Assembly (NCBI GenBank): GCA_965200315.1
Contig: OZ241362.1
Span: 3,904,001-3,968,000 of the forward strand
DNA length: 64,000 bases
Source: Candidatus Latescibacterota bacterium
Lineage (GTDB): Bacteria > Latescibacterota > UBA2968 > UBA8231
Direction: 5' to 3'
In this document: positions 55,577-64,000 of the stretch, piece by piece
Position numbering within the stretch: position 1 is the stretch's first letter
Layout: each line of letters opens with the position of its first letter
Program-made: the position numbers and the translations under genes
The notes under the pieces: model-generated
Databases searched by the model: none
What the model saw: the letters and a program-made list of their open reading frames with translations, nothing else
What the model was told of the DNA's origin: nothing

Positions 55577-57901
55577 TTGCCTACGCGCTTGTTCCAATTC
55601 CTCTGCTGCCTCCTCGCCGCAAACGCCGCAAACGCTCAATCGCCGTCCTACGCCGAGCGCACCGCCTTGGCCCTCGCCCCTTCTGGCGCACTCGACATCG
55701 GCCTCTACGGATACGCCAATCCCGCGCTGCTCAGCTATGTCGAGGGCTTGGAGCAGGGAGTCGCTTGGTCGGACAGCAGCTCCGTCCATGCGTGGGGTCT
55801 TTTTACGGCCATGCCCCGTTTGGGATTTGGAATGATAAACGGCCGCCGCGACCGCGAGTACCGGGCTGGACTCAGCAGCGGCGATCGCAACTTCAGCCTC
55901 GGAGTGAGCATGGGGTGGGGGAGCGTACGGCACGGAGTGCTCGGGGGGATTTGGCGGCCCGGGCCGCGTCTCTCAGTCGGAGGCACCTGGACCGCGACCT
56001 TGGCGGACGCGGGCCGCGAAGGGGCTGTCGATCTGTCCCTGCGTCCCTGGGGCGACGAGCGGCTCACCTTGTACGCGGATTACGCACACACCGACGAGGC
56101 GGAGTTCTGGAGCGCCGGAGCCATTGTCGGGCTGGGACAGGGGCTGGCCCTGACCGGGCGCTTCTTCTCAGACCGCACCCTGAGCGTTGGCTTGCGCCTC
56201 GGGCTGGGGGCCGCCGATTTCCAAGCGCAAGCGCGGGGGCGAACCTTCCAAACGTATGCGGCGCGCTTGGGCGCACAGCGCGGGAACCTATTCCGGCCGC
56301 GATCTCACTACCTATCGCTAGAATTATCCGGTCCGGTGCAACACCGAGGCTTTGCTTTCTTCGACGACTCGCAGAGCCTGCTCGAGCTCATCGCCTTATT
56401 GGAGCGCGTCCGCCGCGACCCAGCCATCAAGGGCCTCGCCATCAATGCTTCGGGTCTGCGAATTAGCCCGGCGCTCGGCTGGGAACTGCGGGAAAAGTTG
56501 CGCCAGCTCCGCACCGGAGGACAACGGGTCGTGGTGTACATCGACCGCGTGGATATCTCCGGCTATCACTGGGTTTCGGCGGCCGATCACTTGGTGCTCG
56601 ATCCGGCCGGCGCAATCGGCTTGCAGGGCTACGTAGCAGGGCACACGTATTTCAAAGATGCGCTGGACAAGCTCGGAATTGGCTTTGACGAGTGGCGGCT
56701 TTTCCCCTACAAGTCCGCGACCGAAGTGTATGTCCGCCGCGACATATCCGCGGGCGAGCGCGAGCAGCTAACAGCCCTGCTCGACGACTGGTACGCCCTC
56801 GCCCGCCGCGACATCAGCGCCGCTCGCGAGCTGGCGCCCGAGCACTTCGACCGCCTCGTAGAAGACACCGCGTTCTTCCTGCCGCAAGAGGCCCTCAACG
56901 CCGGTTTAGTGGACCGCCTCGGCCGCTGGAGCGAAATTGACCGCACGGTCCAAGACCACCCCGTCGTCACAGCCAATTCGTACACCTCGCCGGCCGATCG
57001 GCGTTGGGGACAGCGCAAGCGCATTGCCATCGTCTATGCGCTCGGCGTCTGTGCCATGGACACCGGCATTGGTGCACGGCGGCTCGTCGGCGAGATTGCG
57101 TCGGCTTGTGCAGCGGCGGACGCCCTAGTGCTGCGCGTCGATTCTCCGGGCGGCGACATCCTGCCCTCGGCCCTTGTGGCCGACGCCGTGCTGCAATGCC
57201 GCGAGCGCAAGCCCGTCATCGTCTCGCAGGGCTACCTCGCGGCTTCGGGCGGCTACATGATCTCGCTGCCCGGCGATGCAATAGTCACCGCGCCCAACAC
57301 CGTCACTGGCTCGATTGGGGTCATTGCTGGCTGGGCGTACAACACAGGACTAAAGGAAAAGCTCGGCTTGAGTACGAGCCGCGTACAGGTGGGCCGCCAC
57401 GCGGATTTGCCTTTTGGCATGACCCTGCCCCTGCTCGGCCTGCGCCTGCCAGACCGCACGCTCACTGAAGACGAGAGTGCGCGCATGGAACACACCATCC
57501 GCTCGCTGTACGCGGACTTCGTCGCCAAGGTGGCCAGCAGCCGCCACATCGCGCCGGACTCGGTCGAAGTCGTGGCCCAAGGCCGCGTCTGGAGCGGCCA
57601 GCGCGCCGTACAGCTCGGGCTCGCCGACCAGATCGGCGGTCTCGAAGTGGCCATCGGGCTAGCCAAGGAAAAGATCGGGCTGTCGGCGGACGAGACCGTC
57701 GAGCTGATGGAGCGGCCTAAGCCCAAGTTGTTTTCGCCGGCGCTTTTTCGCCCGCGCCTGTTGGGCCGCGCCGCGCAGCCCACCCCCGAACTCGACTACC
57801 TACAATTTCGCCTCCAGCACAATGGCTTGCCCTTGTTGCTGGTTCCCGCTAACCACGTACCGAGCCCTGTGGGGCTGTCTGGAGAGAAAACCTATGAGTA
57901 A
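55577..57901 (+). CDS. sppA: S49 signal peptide peptidase SppA (protease IV) with extra N-terminal beta-rich domain
   Basis: YKSATE, LRVDSPGG, AASGGY, TGSIGV, QGRVWSG; about 230-aa N-terminal beta-strand-rich extension. Confidence 0.88.
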   Translation: MPTRLFQFLCCLLAANAANAQSPSYAERTALALAPSGALDIGLYGYANPALLSYVEGLEQGVAWSDSSSVHAWGLFTAMPRLGFGMINGRRDREYRAGLSSGDRNFSLGVSMGWGSVRHGVLGGIWRPGPRLSVGGTWTATLADAGREGAVDLSLRPWGDERLTLYADYAHTDEAEFWSAGAIVGLGQGLALTGRFFSDRTLSVGLRLGLGAADFQAQARGRTFQTYAARLGAQRGNLFRPRSHYLSLELSGPVQHRGFAFFDDSQSLLELIALLERVRRDPAIKGLAINASGLRISPALGWELREKLRQLRTGGQRVVVYIDRVDISGYHWVSAADHLVLDPAGAIGLQGYVAGHTYFKDALDKLGIGFDEWRLFPYKSATEVYVRRDISAGEREQLTALLDDWYALARRDISAARELAPEHFDRLVEDTAFFLPQEALNAGLVDRLGRWSEIDRTVQDHPVVTANSYTSPADRRWGQRKRIAIVYALGVCAMDTGIGARRLVGEIASACAAADALVLRVDSPGGDILPSALVADAVLQCRERKPVIVSQGYLAASGGYMISLPGDAIVTAPNTVTGSIGVIAGWAYNTGLKEKLGLSTSRVQVGRHADLPFGMTLPLLGLRLPDRTLTEDESARMEHTIRSLYADFVAKVASSRHIAPDSVEVVAQGRVWSGQRAVQLGLADQIGGLEVAIGLAKEKIGLSADETVELMERPKPKLFSPALFRPRLLGRAAQPTPELDYLQFRLQHNGLPLLLVPANHVPSPVGLSGEKTYE

Positions 57902-59009
57902 GGAAGCCCGCGCCCTGTACGCGGATATGGGGGCGACACCCGTGATTAACGCCCTCGGCCCGCGCACCCTTTTAGGGGGATCGTCCCCCCACCCGGACAT
58001 CATCGCCGCCATGGAACTAGCCGGCCGCTACTATGTTGACATGGACGCCTTCTTGGCGAGCACGGGGCGGATCGTCGCCGACCTGCTCGGGGCCGAGGCC
58101 GCGCTGATCACCCCGGGCTGTGCAGCCGCGTTGGTCCTCGGCACAGCTGCCTGCGTTACCGGCACAGACCCGGAGAAAATGGCCCGTCTGCCCGATTCAA
58201 CCGGCATGCCCAACCAAGTGGTCATTCAAAAGGCCCAGCACTACAAGTACGACCGCGTGGTGCGCCTGCCTGGCGTCACCCTCGTGGAGGCGGGCACCGA
58301 GCAAGGCACCACAGCCGACGAACTCGCCGCAGCCATCGGCCCGCAAACGGCCGCGGTGCTCTATCCGGCCATTGACAACCCAGCCGCTATCGTCCCGCTG
58401 GCCGAGGCCATTGACATCGCCCACGCCCACGACGTCCCGATATTCGTGGACGCGGCCTTCCGCGTCTATCCCCTAGAGGGCTTAACCCAGTACATCGCGG
58501 CCGGGGCCGACTTAGTCGGCTATGGTGCCAAGTACGTGGGTGCGCCCAATTCTTCGGGCATCCTCTGCGGCCGCACCGACTTAATTGCGGCGGCCCACTT
58601 GCACAGCTTTGCCTGCTTTGAAACCCGCGACCTAGACGGGGTGGGCCGCCCACTCAAGATAGACCGCCAAGAGGTCGTCGGCGTGGTGGTGGCCCTGCGC
58701 CGCTGGCTAACCATGGACCACGACGCCCGCAACCAAGGCGACGCCCGCCGCGCCGAGAATGTGCGTCAGCACTTGGGCGAACTGGCCCACGTGCAAAGCT
58801 CGGTCGACGGTCCGTCCTTGACCTTGACCTTGGACGAACAAGCCCTCGGCCGCACCGCTGCCGACATAGAAGAGGCTCTGTGCAACGGCAATCCTTCGGT
58901 CTGGCTCTCAGCGGCCCCGGGCCAGCTTCATTTGGCGATGCCCACAGTGGCCGACGGCGACGAGGAACTCCTAGCAGGGCAATTAAAAAAGGCGTTGAGT
59001 GGTTCTTGA
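57894..59009 (+). CDS. SelA-like PLP-dependent enzyme (DgaE-like, not canonical SelA)
   Basis: PVINALG..T.LGGS, VDAA, GADLVGYGAK; 371 aa, lacks the SelA N-terminal tRNA-binding domain. Confidence 0.8.
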   Translation: MSKEARALYADMGATPVINALGPRTLLGGSSPHPDIIAAMELAGRYYVDMDAFLASTGRIVADLLGAEAALITPGCAAALVLGTAACVTGTDPEKMARLPDSTGMPNQVVIQKAQHYKYDRVVRLPGVTLVEAGTEQGTTADELAAAIGPQTAAVLYPAIDNPAAIVPLAEAIDIAHAHDVPIFVDAAFRVYPLEGLTQYIAAGADLVGYGAKYVGAPNSSGILCGRTDLIAAAHLHSFACFETRDLDGVGRPLKIDRQEVVGVVVALRRWLTMDHDARNQGDARRAENVRQHLGELAHVQSSVDGPSLTLTLDEQALGRTAADIEEALCNGNPSVWLSAAPGQLHLAMPTVADGDEELLAGQLKKALSGS

Positions 59010-59044
59010 ACCCTCCCTCTTGGCAGTGCTAATCCCATCAGAAG

Positions 59045-60811
59045 ATGTCTTTACCCACGAGCACAGCACAGCAACAAGCCGAGGCCCTAGCGGCCGGGCT
59101 ATACGCCCATCAGGTCGAGGGCATCGCCTTTTTGTTGGGTCGTCAGCGGGCGATCCTCGCCGACGACATGGGGCTGGGCAAGACGCGGCAGTCCGTGCTG
59201 GCCATGCGCCAAGCCCAGCCCGAGGGGCCGTATCTAGTCGTCTGCCCGGCTGCGGTCAAGACGAACTGGGCGCGCGAGATTGAGTTGGTGCTGCCGACAG
59301 CAGAAATCGCCGTCGTCGGCCCCGCACCCGCGCCTGAGCCCGGCTATGCCGGCTGGGTCGTCATCAACTACGACATCCTCGCCAAGCACCCGCTGGCAGC
59401 ACACGCCTGGAGTGGCCTAGTCTTTGACGAAGCCCACTATCTCAAAAACTACCGCAGCCAACGGCACCGCCTGTCGCTGGACTTGGTCAAGGCCGTGGGC
59501 GACGAGGCCGTGGTCCACCTTTTGACCGGTACGCCGTTGACGAGCCGGCCGCGCGATCTCTTCCCCTTGTTGCAGTTGGCGCGTCACGCGCTCGGGCGTT
59601 CGTTCGTCTCGTTTGCCAAGCGCTACTGCGACGCCTACAAAGGCGAGTACGGCTGGGTCGCCGACGGGGCCTCCAATATCGAAGAGTTGACCGTGCAATT
59701 GCACGGCATCATGCTGCGTCGCACCAAGGCCGAAGTCCTCGACCTGCCGCCCAAGCTTCGCAGTTGGCTCGACGTGGAGGTCGCCAGCCGAGTGGCGCGT
59801 GCGATGAGCGAAGCGGTGACCGAGCTGTTGCACACCATTTCGCGCCGGGGCCAAGCCGAGCTTGCCGACGAGACCGAGGCCGAGCGCCGCTCGCGTCAGG
59901 GCTGGATCATGGGTCAGCTAACCACCGCGCGTAACCGCTTGGCCATCGCCAAGGTCCGCAGCACGATTCCCTTCGTCGAAAACGCGCTCGAACAGGGCGA
60001 AAAGGTGCTGGTCTTCTCGTGTTTTCTCGCCCCCGTCAACACGCTGCGCAAGCACTTCGGCCAAAAGGCCGTAGCCATCACCGGCGAAGTGCCAGCGAGT
60101 GAGCGGCAGCAACGGGCCGACCGCTTTCAGGAGGACGATTCGGTGCGGGTGCTGGCCGCGCAGATTACTGCCGGGGGCGTCGGGCTCAACCTCACCGCCG
60201 CGCGGCAGGTGGTCTTCAACGATCTCGACTGGGTGCCGGTCAATCACTGGCAGGCCGAGGACCGGGCCTACCGCATCGGGCAACAGCAAGCTGTCAACGT
60301 CACCTATATGGTCGGCCGCGGCACGATCGACGAATTCGTCAAAACCGTCCTCGAGGCCAAGTCGGTGCTGATTGACCAACTCGTCGACGGCAGCGCTTTG
60401 CCCGAAGATTTCCAGCGCGACGTGATGGACGAGTTGCGGCGGGTAATGGAGGTGCTGCCCGCGCCGCCCACCGGTGCGCTGGACGAGCAGCAAGTGGTGG
60501 AATTGTTGCGCGAGGCCGGGGCGGCTTTTGTCGCCGAACAGCCTGCCGTCGAGGCCGAGGCCAAGTCGCGCTTGCCGTCGGCCGAGGCCGTGCGCGTGTT
60601 GGCGCGGGTGTTGGCCGGGCCAAAGCGAGCACTGTACCGGGTGGATAGCTCGTCGAAGCCGGGGGCGTTCTACGAGTTGGAGGTGGAGGGAAACGACATA
60701 AGTTGCAGTTGTAAGGGGTTTTCTTATCGGGGGATTTGCCAACATGCGCGCACGTTGAAGGAGGCGTTGGTCAAGGAAGATGGGCTGCCGGAGGGATTCG
60801 TCGAAGTTTGA
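59045..60811 (+). CDS. SNF2-family (HARP/SMARCAL1-like) helicase with C-terminal SWIM zinc finger
   Basis: LADDMGLGKT, DEAH, LTGTP, GVGLNLT, QAEDRAYRIGQ; CSCKGF....CQH. Confidence 0.9.
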   Translation: MSLPTSTAQQQAEALAAGLYAHQVEGIAFLLGRQRAILADDMGLGKTRQSVLAMRQAQPEGPYLVVCPAAVKTNWAREIELVLPTAEIAVVGPAPAPEPGYAGWVVINYDILAKHPLAAHAWSGLVFDEAHYLKNYRSQRHRLSLDLVKAVGDEAVVHLLTGTPLTSRPRDLFPLLQLARHALGRSFVSFAKRYCDAYKGEYGWVADGASNIEELTVQLHGIMLRRTKAEVLDLPPKLRSWLDVEVASRVARAMSEAVTELLHTISRRGQAELADETEAERRSRQGWIMGQLTTARNRLAIAKVRSTIPFVENALEQGEKVLVFSCFLAPVNTLRKHFGQKAVAITGEVPASERQQRADRFQEDDSVRVLAAQITAGGVGLNLTAARQVVFNDLDWVPVNHWQAEDRAYRIGQQQAVNVTYMVGRGTIDEFVKTVLEAKSVLIDQLVDGSALPEDFQRDVMDELRRVMEVLPAPPTGALDEQQVVELLREAGAAFVAEQPAVEAEAKSRLPSAEAVRVLARVLAGPKRALYRVDSSSKPGAFYELEVEGNDISCSCKGFSYRGICQHARTLKEALVKEDGLPEGFVEV

Positions 60812-60898
60812 CAGGTCGCAGACGAACTGTTCAGAACCGATGAGTAGCTCTCTGTATAGACGTTTTTAGGGACGCAGGACTTGGGTATATTGGAACAT

Positions 60899-60956
60899 GG
60901 CTGGGTGCGCGGGCGTCGGGTGCGCTGACGGCTGGGTGCGCGGGCGTCTCGCCCGC
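60899..60956. repeat. REP-like element cluster
   Basis: GGCTGGGTGCGCGGGCGTC at 60899-60917 and 60930-60948; hairpin GCGGGCG-tct-CGCCCGC. Confidence 0.65.
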
Positions 60957-61076
60957 TCAACACCGCGAAGACGGTGCCGCTGACGTTCCACGCTTGCAAC
61001 TCATGTAGGACTGCTATATGAGGAATCTGAGGCCACGGCGTTGCAAATAGACGTTTGAGTTCGCTACAAAGCTACC

Positions 61077-62202
61077 ATGCCCTACGATATATCACGAGAA
61101 AAAAGAGACTGGTACCGGGAAATCTCTGTGCGCTCTAGGCAGAGAAAAAAAGCGGCGATCCGCGGTGAGTTCCAACGCGATCCAAGCGGAATTAATAAGC
61201 CAGTTTTGGACCCAAGTAAACTAATGCCCCAACAGCGACAACACGGCTTGAGGGCGATGTCCCTGTTTTCAGGGGGTGGCGGTCTAGACCTCGGTTTTGA
61301 GCGTGCCGGTTTTGAGCATATTGCCAGTTTCGACACGTTGGATATTTGCGGTGTTACGCTACGGCGCAACCGATCCCAATGGAAGGTTTTTTCTGGTCAA
61401 TATGGCGATGTAACAAAGGTCCATTGGGCAGCCTATAAAGGCACCGTCGATCTCATTCACGGCGGCCCTCCATGCCAGCCCTTCTCGGTTGCTGGGAGAC
61501 AGAATGGGAGTGAGGATACGAGGGACATGTGGCCGGCGTTTATTGACGCTGTGCTGGCTGTCAAACCCGATGCGTTCGTCGCCGAAAACGTTCCGGGATT
61601 GCTCGATCCTAAATTCAGTGAGTACGTAAACAAGGCGATCTTAGCACCGTTAGAACCAAGCTATCACATCGCCAAGTTCAAAGCAGTTGCCGCCGATTTT
61701 GGTGTCCCCCAAGTGCGGAAGCGGGTCATTTTCGTCGGGTTTAGATCATCTAAAGCGGCTAATAGGTACGAGATTCCGCAGGCAACGCACTTTCCCAACG
61801 ATAATCTATTTTCATCGGGCAAATGTGTGCTGGGCACTAGGACGGCTCTGGGGCTAGGCGACATTGGATTCGACTGCTTTGCACCGACTCTCCGCTCTGG
61901 TTTTACTGGTCCGAGAAAGACGACCAGCGTTCTAAACAGCAAGGCGAGTCAAAAGGTTGGGGAGAGGCTACAGATTTGGCCAAACGGTGTACAAAAGTCG
62001 AGAGAGGAAGCCGTGATGTTCCCCCCCAGAAAACGGACATTTCAGGCTTTCTGTCCAAGGCTGTGCTCTTCTGCAAGGATTTCCAGCAGATTGGCTCTTT
62101 GAAGGTGCTGTGTACCAAATCCTTGGCCAAATCGGCAATTCCGTTTGTCCGCCGGTGAGTTATGCTATCGCAAAATCTGTAGCGAGTGCATTGAGGGCCT
62201 AA
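61077..62202 (+). pseudogene. DNA (cytosine-5)-methyltransferase with +1 frameshift in a C7 tract (62021-62027)
   Basis: LFSGGGGLDLG, GGPPCQPFS, ENV, Q.RKR. With C6 the frame continues FPPENGHFRLSVQGCALLQGFP...QIGNSVCPP to TAA at 62200-62202. Confidence 0.88.
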
Positions 62203-62332
62203 ATGTTTCAATTCAGACTCACGAGCCGCTGCCCACCAAACATTACGCGACATAACGCTTGCTAACGAAACGTTGCAGCTAACTCGATAATTCATTCTCA
62301 CCACCTGTCAATTTCCGCAAAGGAGCCTGTTC

Positions 62333-62977
62333 ATGGCCTTTGAAGTTTTCGACTTTCGCCAAGAGGAACACATCAAAAACCTCCTCGTCACGCCGCACAT
62401 CCGCTCTCGCTTTCTGCGTATGCAGCCGGGCGCAGTGGCTGGCCTGCACAGCCACGACCTCGGCCACGAGATTTTCCTCATCTTGCAAGGCCGCTGCGTC
62501 TTCCACATCGCCGGCAGCGAACAGGAGCTATGCGCGGGCCAGCTCTGCGTTGCCCTCGCCGATGAGATACATCAGGTGCGGGTCGTCGGCGACGAGCCCA
62601 TGGTCATGTACCTGTCAGTAACGCCCCACATCCAGCCGACCCACACCGGCCGCGACCCCGACGGCACCCGCCACCCGACCCGCTTCCAGCCCTCCAGCTC
62701 GTACGACGTGGAGACGGATACCGACACGCCCATCGACGAACTCATCGACAAATTCACGGCCACGGCGGACGACTTGGCCCGCGCCGCCAGCGACCAAGCG
62801 GCTGCCCAAGCAGCACGGAGCAACCAACTCAAGGCGGCTCTCGCGGCCGGCGACGAAGCGCAGGCCACCGAGCTGCGCGAAGCCATGTGGCAAGACGTGT
62901 ATCAGAGCTTAAAGCGAGCCTACGCAATGGCCGATGTGTGGAACGACTTGACGCCCCGCGTCGGAAAGGTGGGTTGA
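62333..62977 (+). CDS. Cupin domain protein
   Basis: HSHD...HEIFLILQG...GQL...DEIH cupin metal motif; SD AAGGAG. Confidence 0.85.
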   Translation: MAFEVFDFRQEEHIKNLLVTPHIRSRFLRMQPGAVAGLHSHDLGHEIFLILQGRCVFHIAGSEQELCAGQLCVALADEIHQVRVVGDEPMVMYLSVTPHIQPTHTGRDPDGTRHPTRFQPSSSYDVETDTDTPIDELIDKFTATADDLARAASDQAAAQAARSNQLKAALAAGDEAQATELREAMWQDVYQSLKRAYAMADVWNDLTPRVGKVG

Positions 62978-62978
62978 C

Positions 62979-64000
62979 ATGGCCCCTATCCGCATCGGCA
63001 TCGTCGGCTGCGGTGCCGTCGCCCAAGTCCAGCACCTGCCCAACCTCACCGCGCTCAAGGACCTGTTTTCCGTAGAGATGGTCTGCGACCTCTCGCCGAG
63101 CTTGGCGCAGACCGTGGCACAGGAGTTTCACGTCCCGCACTACACTAGCGACTGGTGTGCGCTGCTCGCCGCCGACCTCGACGCCGTACTCCTGTGCCAC
63201 ACCGACCCCAAGACCGAGATCGCCGTGGCCGCCTTTGAGGCCGGCAAACACGTCTTCGTCGAAAAGCCGATCTGCTTCTCGCTGCAAGAGGCCGACCGGA
63301 TCATCGCCGCCCGGCAGGCGGCCGGCACCGTTGGCTTGGCTGGTTATATGAAAGTGTACGACCCGGCCTTTGAGGCGGCTGCCCGCGCTGCCGCTGACAT
63401 GACCGCGATCCGCTTCGTCCAGATCCACCACCTGCACACCAACAACTCGCATCATCTGGCGCACTTCCGCTTGCATCGCACCAGCGATATACCCGCTGAT
63501 GCCATCGCGCAGACGAGCGCGGCCCGCGCGGCGGCCGTGCGCGAGGCCATCGGCGAGGTCCCCGCCGCTGTGCAAGCTGCCTTTGGTCACCTCGCCGGCA
63601 GCATGATCCACGACATCTACGGCCTGCGCGCCATCATGGGCGCACCTGAAAGAGTCTCCAGCACCGAAATCTGGTACGACGGCTGGGGCGTCAGCACCAT
63701 GATCGCATACCCAAACGGCGCGCGCTGTGCAGCAACTTGGGTCGAGTTAAAGGACGTGCGCGACTTCAAGGAAACCCTCGAAGTCTGCGGCGACGACCAC
63801 CGCGTGTTGCTTTCTTATCCGACCGGCTTTTCGCGGGGGATCCTCTCCACCTTGGAGATTCAGACTCTCGACGCGGCCGGCGAGGCCATCACCCTCCGCC
63901 CGGCCATCGCGTGGGAAGGCCCTTTCGTCCGCGAGCTGAAGCACTTCCACGCCTGCATTACCGAGGGTGCGAAGCCGCGTACTCCTTTGGAAGAGGCCCG
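62979..64000 (+). CDS. Gfo/Idh/MocA family oxidoreductase (runs off the window end)
   Basis: Hand-translated MAPIRIGIVGCGAVAQVQHLP...AGKHVFVEKP...GYMKVYDP...GSMIHD; no stop before the window end, hence absent from the ORF track. Confidence 0.9.
   Translation, partial: MAPIRIGIVGCGAVAQVQHLPNLTALKDLFSVEMVCDLSPSLAQTVAQEFHVPHYTSDWCALLAADLDAVLLCHTDPKTEIAVAAFEAGKHVFVEKPICFSLQEADRIIAARQAAGTVGLAGYMKVYDPAFEAAARAAADMTAIRFVQIHHLHTNNSHHLAHFRLHRTSDIPADAIAQTSAARAAAVREAIGEVPAAVQAAFGHLAGSMIHDIYGLRAIMGAPERVSSTEIWYDGWGVSTMIAYPNGARCAATWVELKDVRDFKETLEVCGDDHRVLLSYPTGFSRGILSTLEIQTLDAAGEAITLRPAIAWEGPFVRELKHFHACITEGAKPRTPLEEA

Noticed and set aside
51478-59009. selB plus a SelA-like gene as a selenocysteine operon, with possible selC or UGA-recoded genes
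   Set aside because: The genes are on opposite strands and separated by unrelated genes. The PLP enzyme lacks the SelA N-terminal domain. I saw no tRNA-Sec cloverleaf, and no in-frame UGA with a downstream continuation.
1-64000. rRNA, tRNA, integrase, transposase or prophage genes
   Set aside because: None recognised by eye; tRNAscan-SE, Infernal and ISEScan would be needed to exclude them formally

Overview
A 64-kb bacterial chromosomal window, mostly GC-rich. The gene content (PhyH dioxygenases, sulfatase, DUF6785/6784-like transporter, many FlgD-Ig-tailed secreted proteins, ASPIC/UnbV-TPR protein) suggests an FCB-group organism such as Latescibacterota; this is an inference. Layout: (1) 1-4.6 kb accessory island: a frameshifted sigma54 enhancer-binding protein, a terminator, a REP-like element, a perfect sigma54 promoter in front of three tiny ORFs missed by the ORF track, then a sigma70-driven ABC-type ATPase plus a PLD-like protein (candidate defence pair). 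(2) 4.7-14.5 kb catabolic enzymes. (3) 14.5-23.9 kb FlgD-tailed secreted proteins, DUF1080, a membrane transporter and a transglutaminase-like protein. (4) 24.1-45.8 kb co-oriented 14-gene envelope cluster: FlgD/CTD cargo, three paralogous Asp-rich beta-barrel-like proteins, a giant TPR protein, lipoproteins, a membrane-anchored DUF4159, a CsgG/FlgT-like protein and ExbB-ExbD-ExbD with no canonical TonB. (5) 45.9-64 kb mixed genes: CRTAC1-TPR, RPH-like phosphotransferase, selB, Sua5/YciO family, ATPase, SppA fusion, SelA-like PLP enzyme, SNF2-SWIM helicase, frameshifted C5 methyltransferase, cupin and a partial Gfo/Idh/MocA gene. The best candidates for undescribed systems are the sigma54-controlled micro-peptide cassette with its adjacent ATPase/PLD pair, and the ExbBD-powered T9SS-like envelope cluster. 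All family calls come from motif recognition by eye; no database searches were run.
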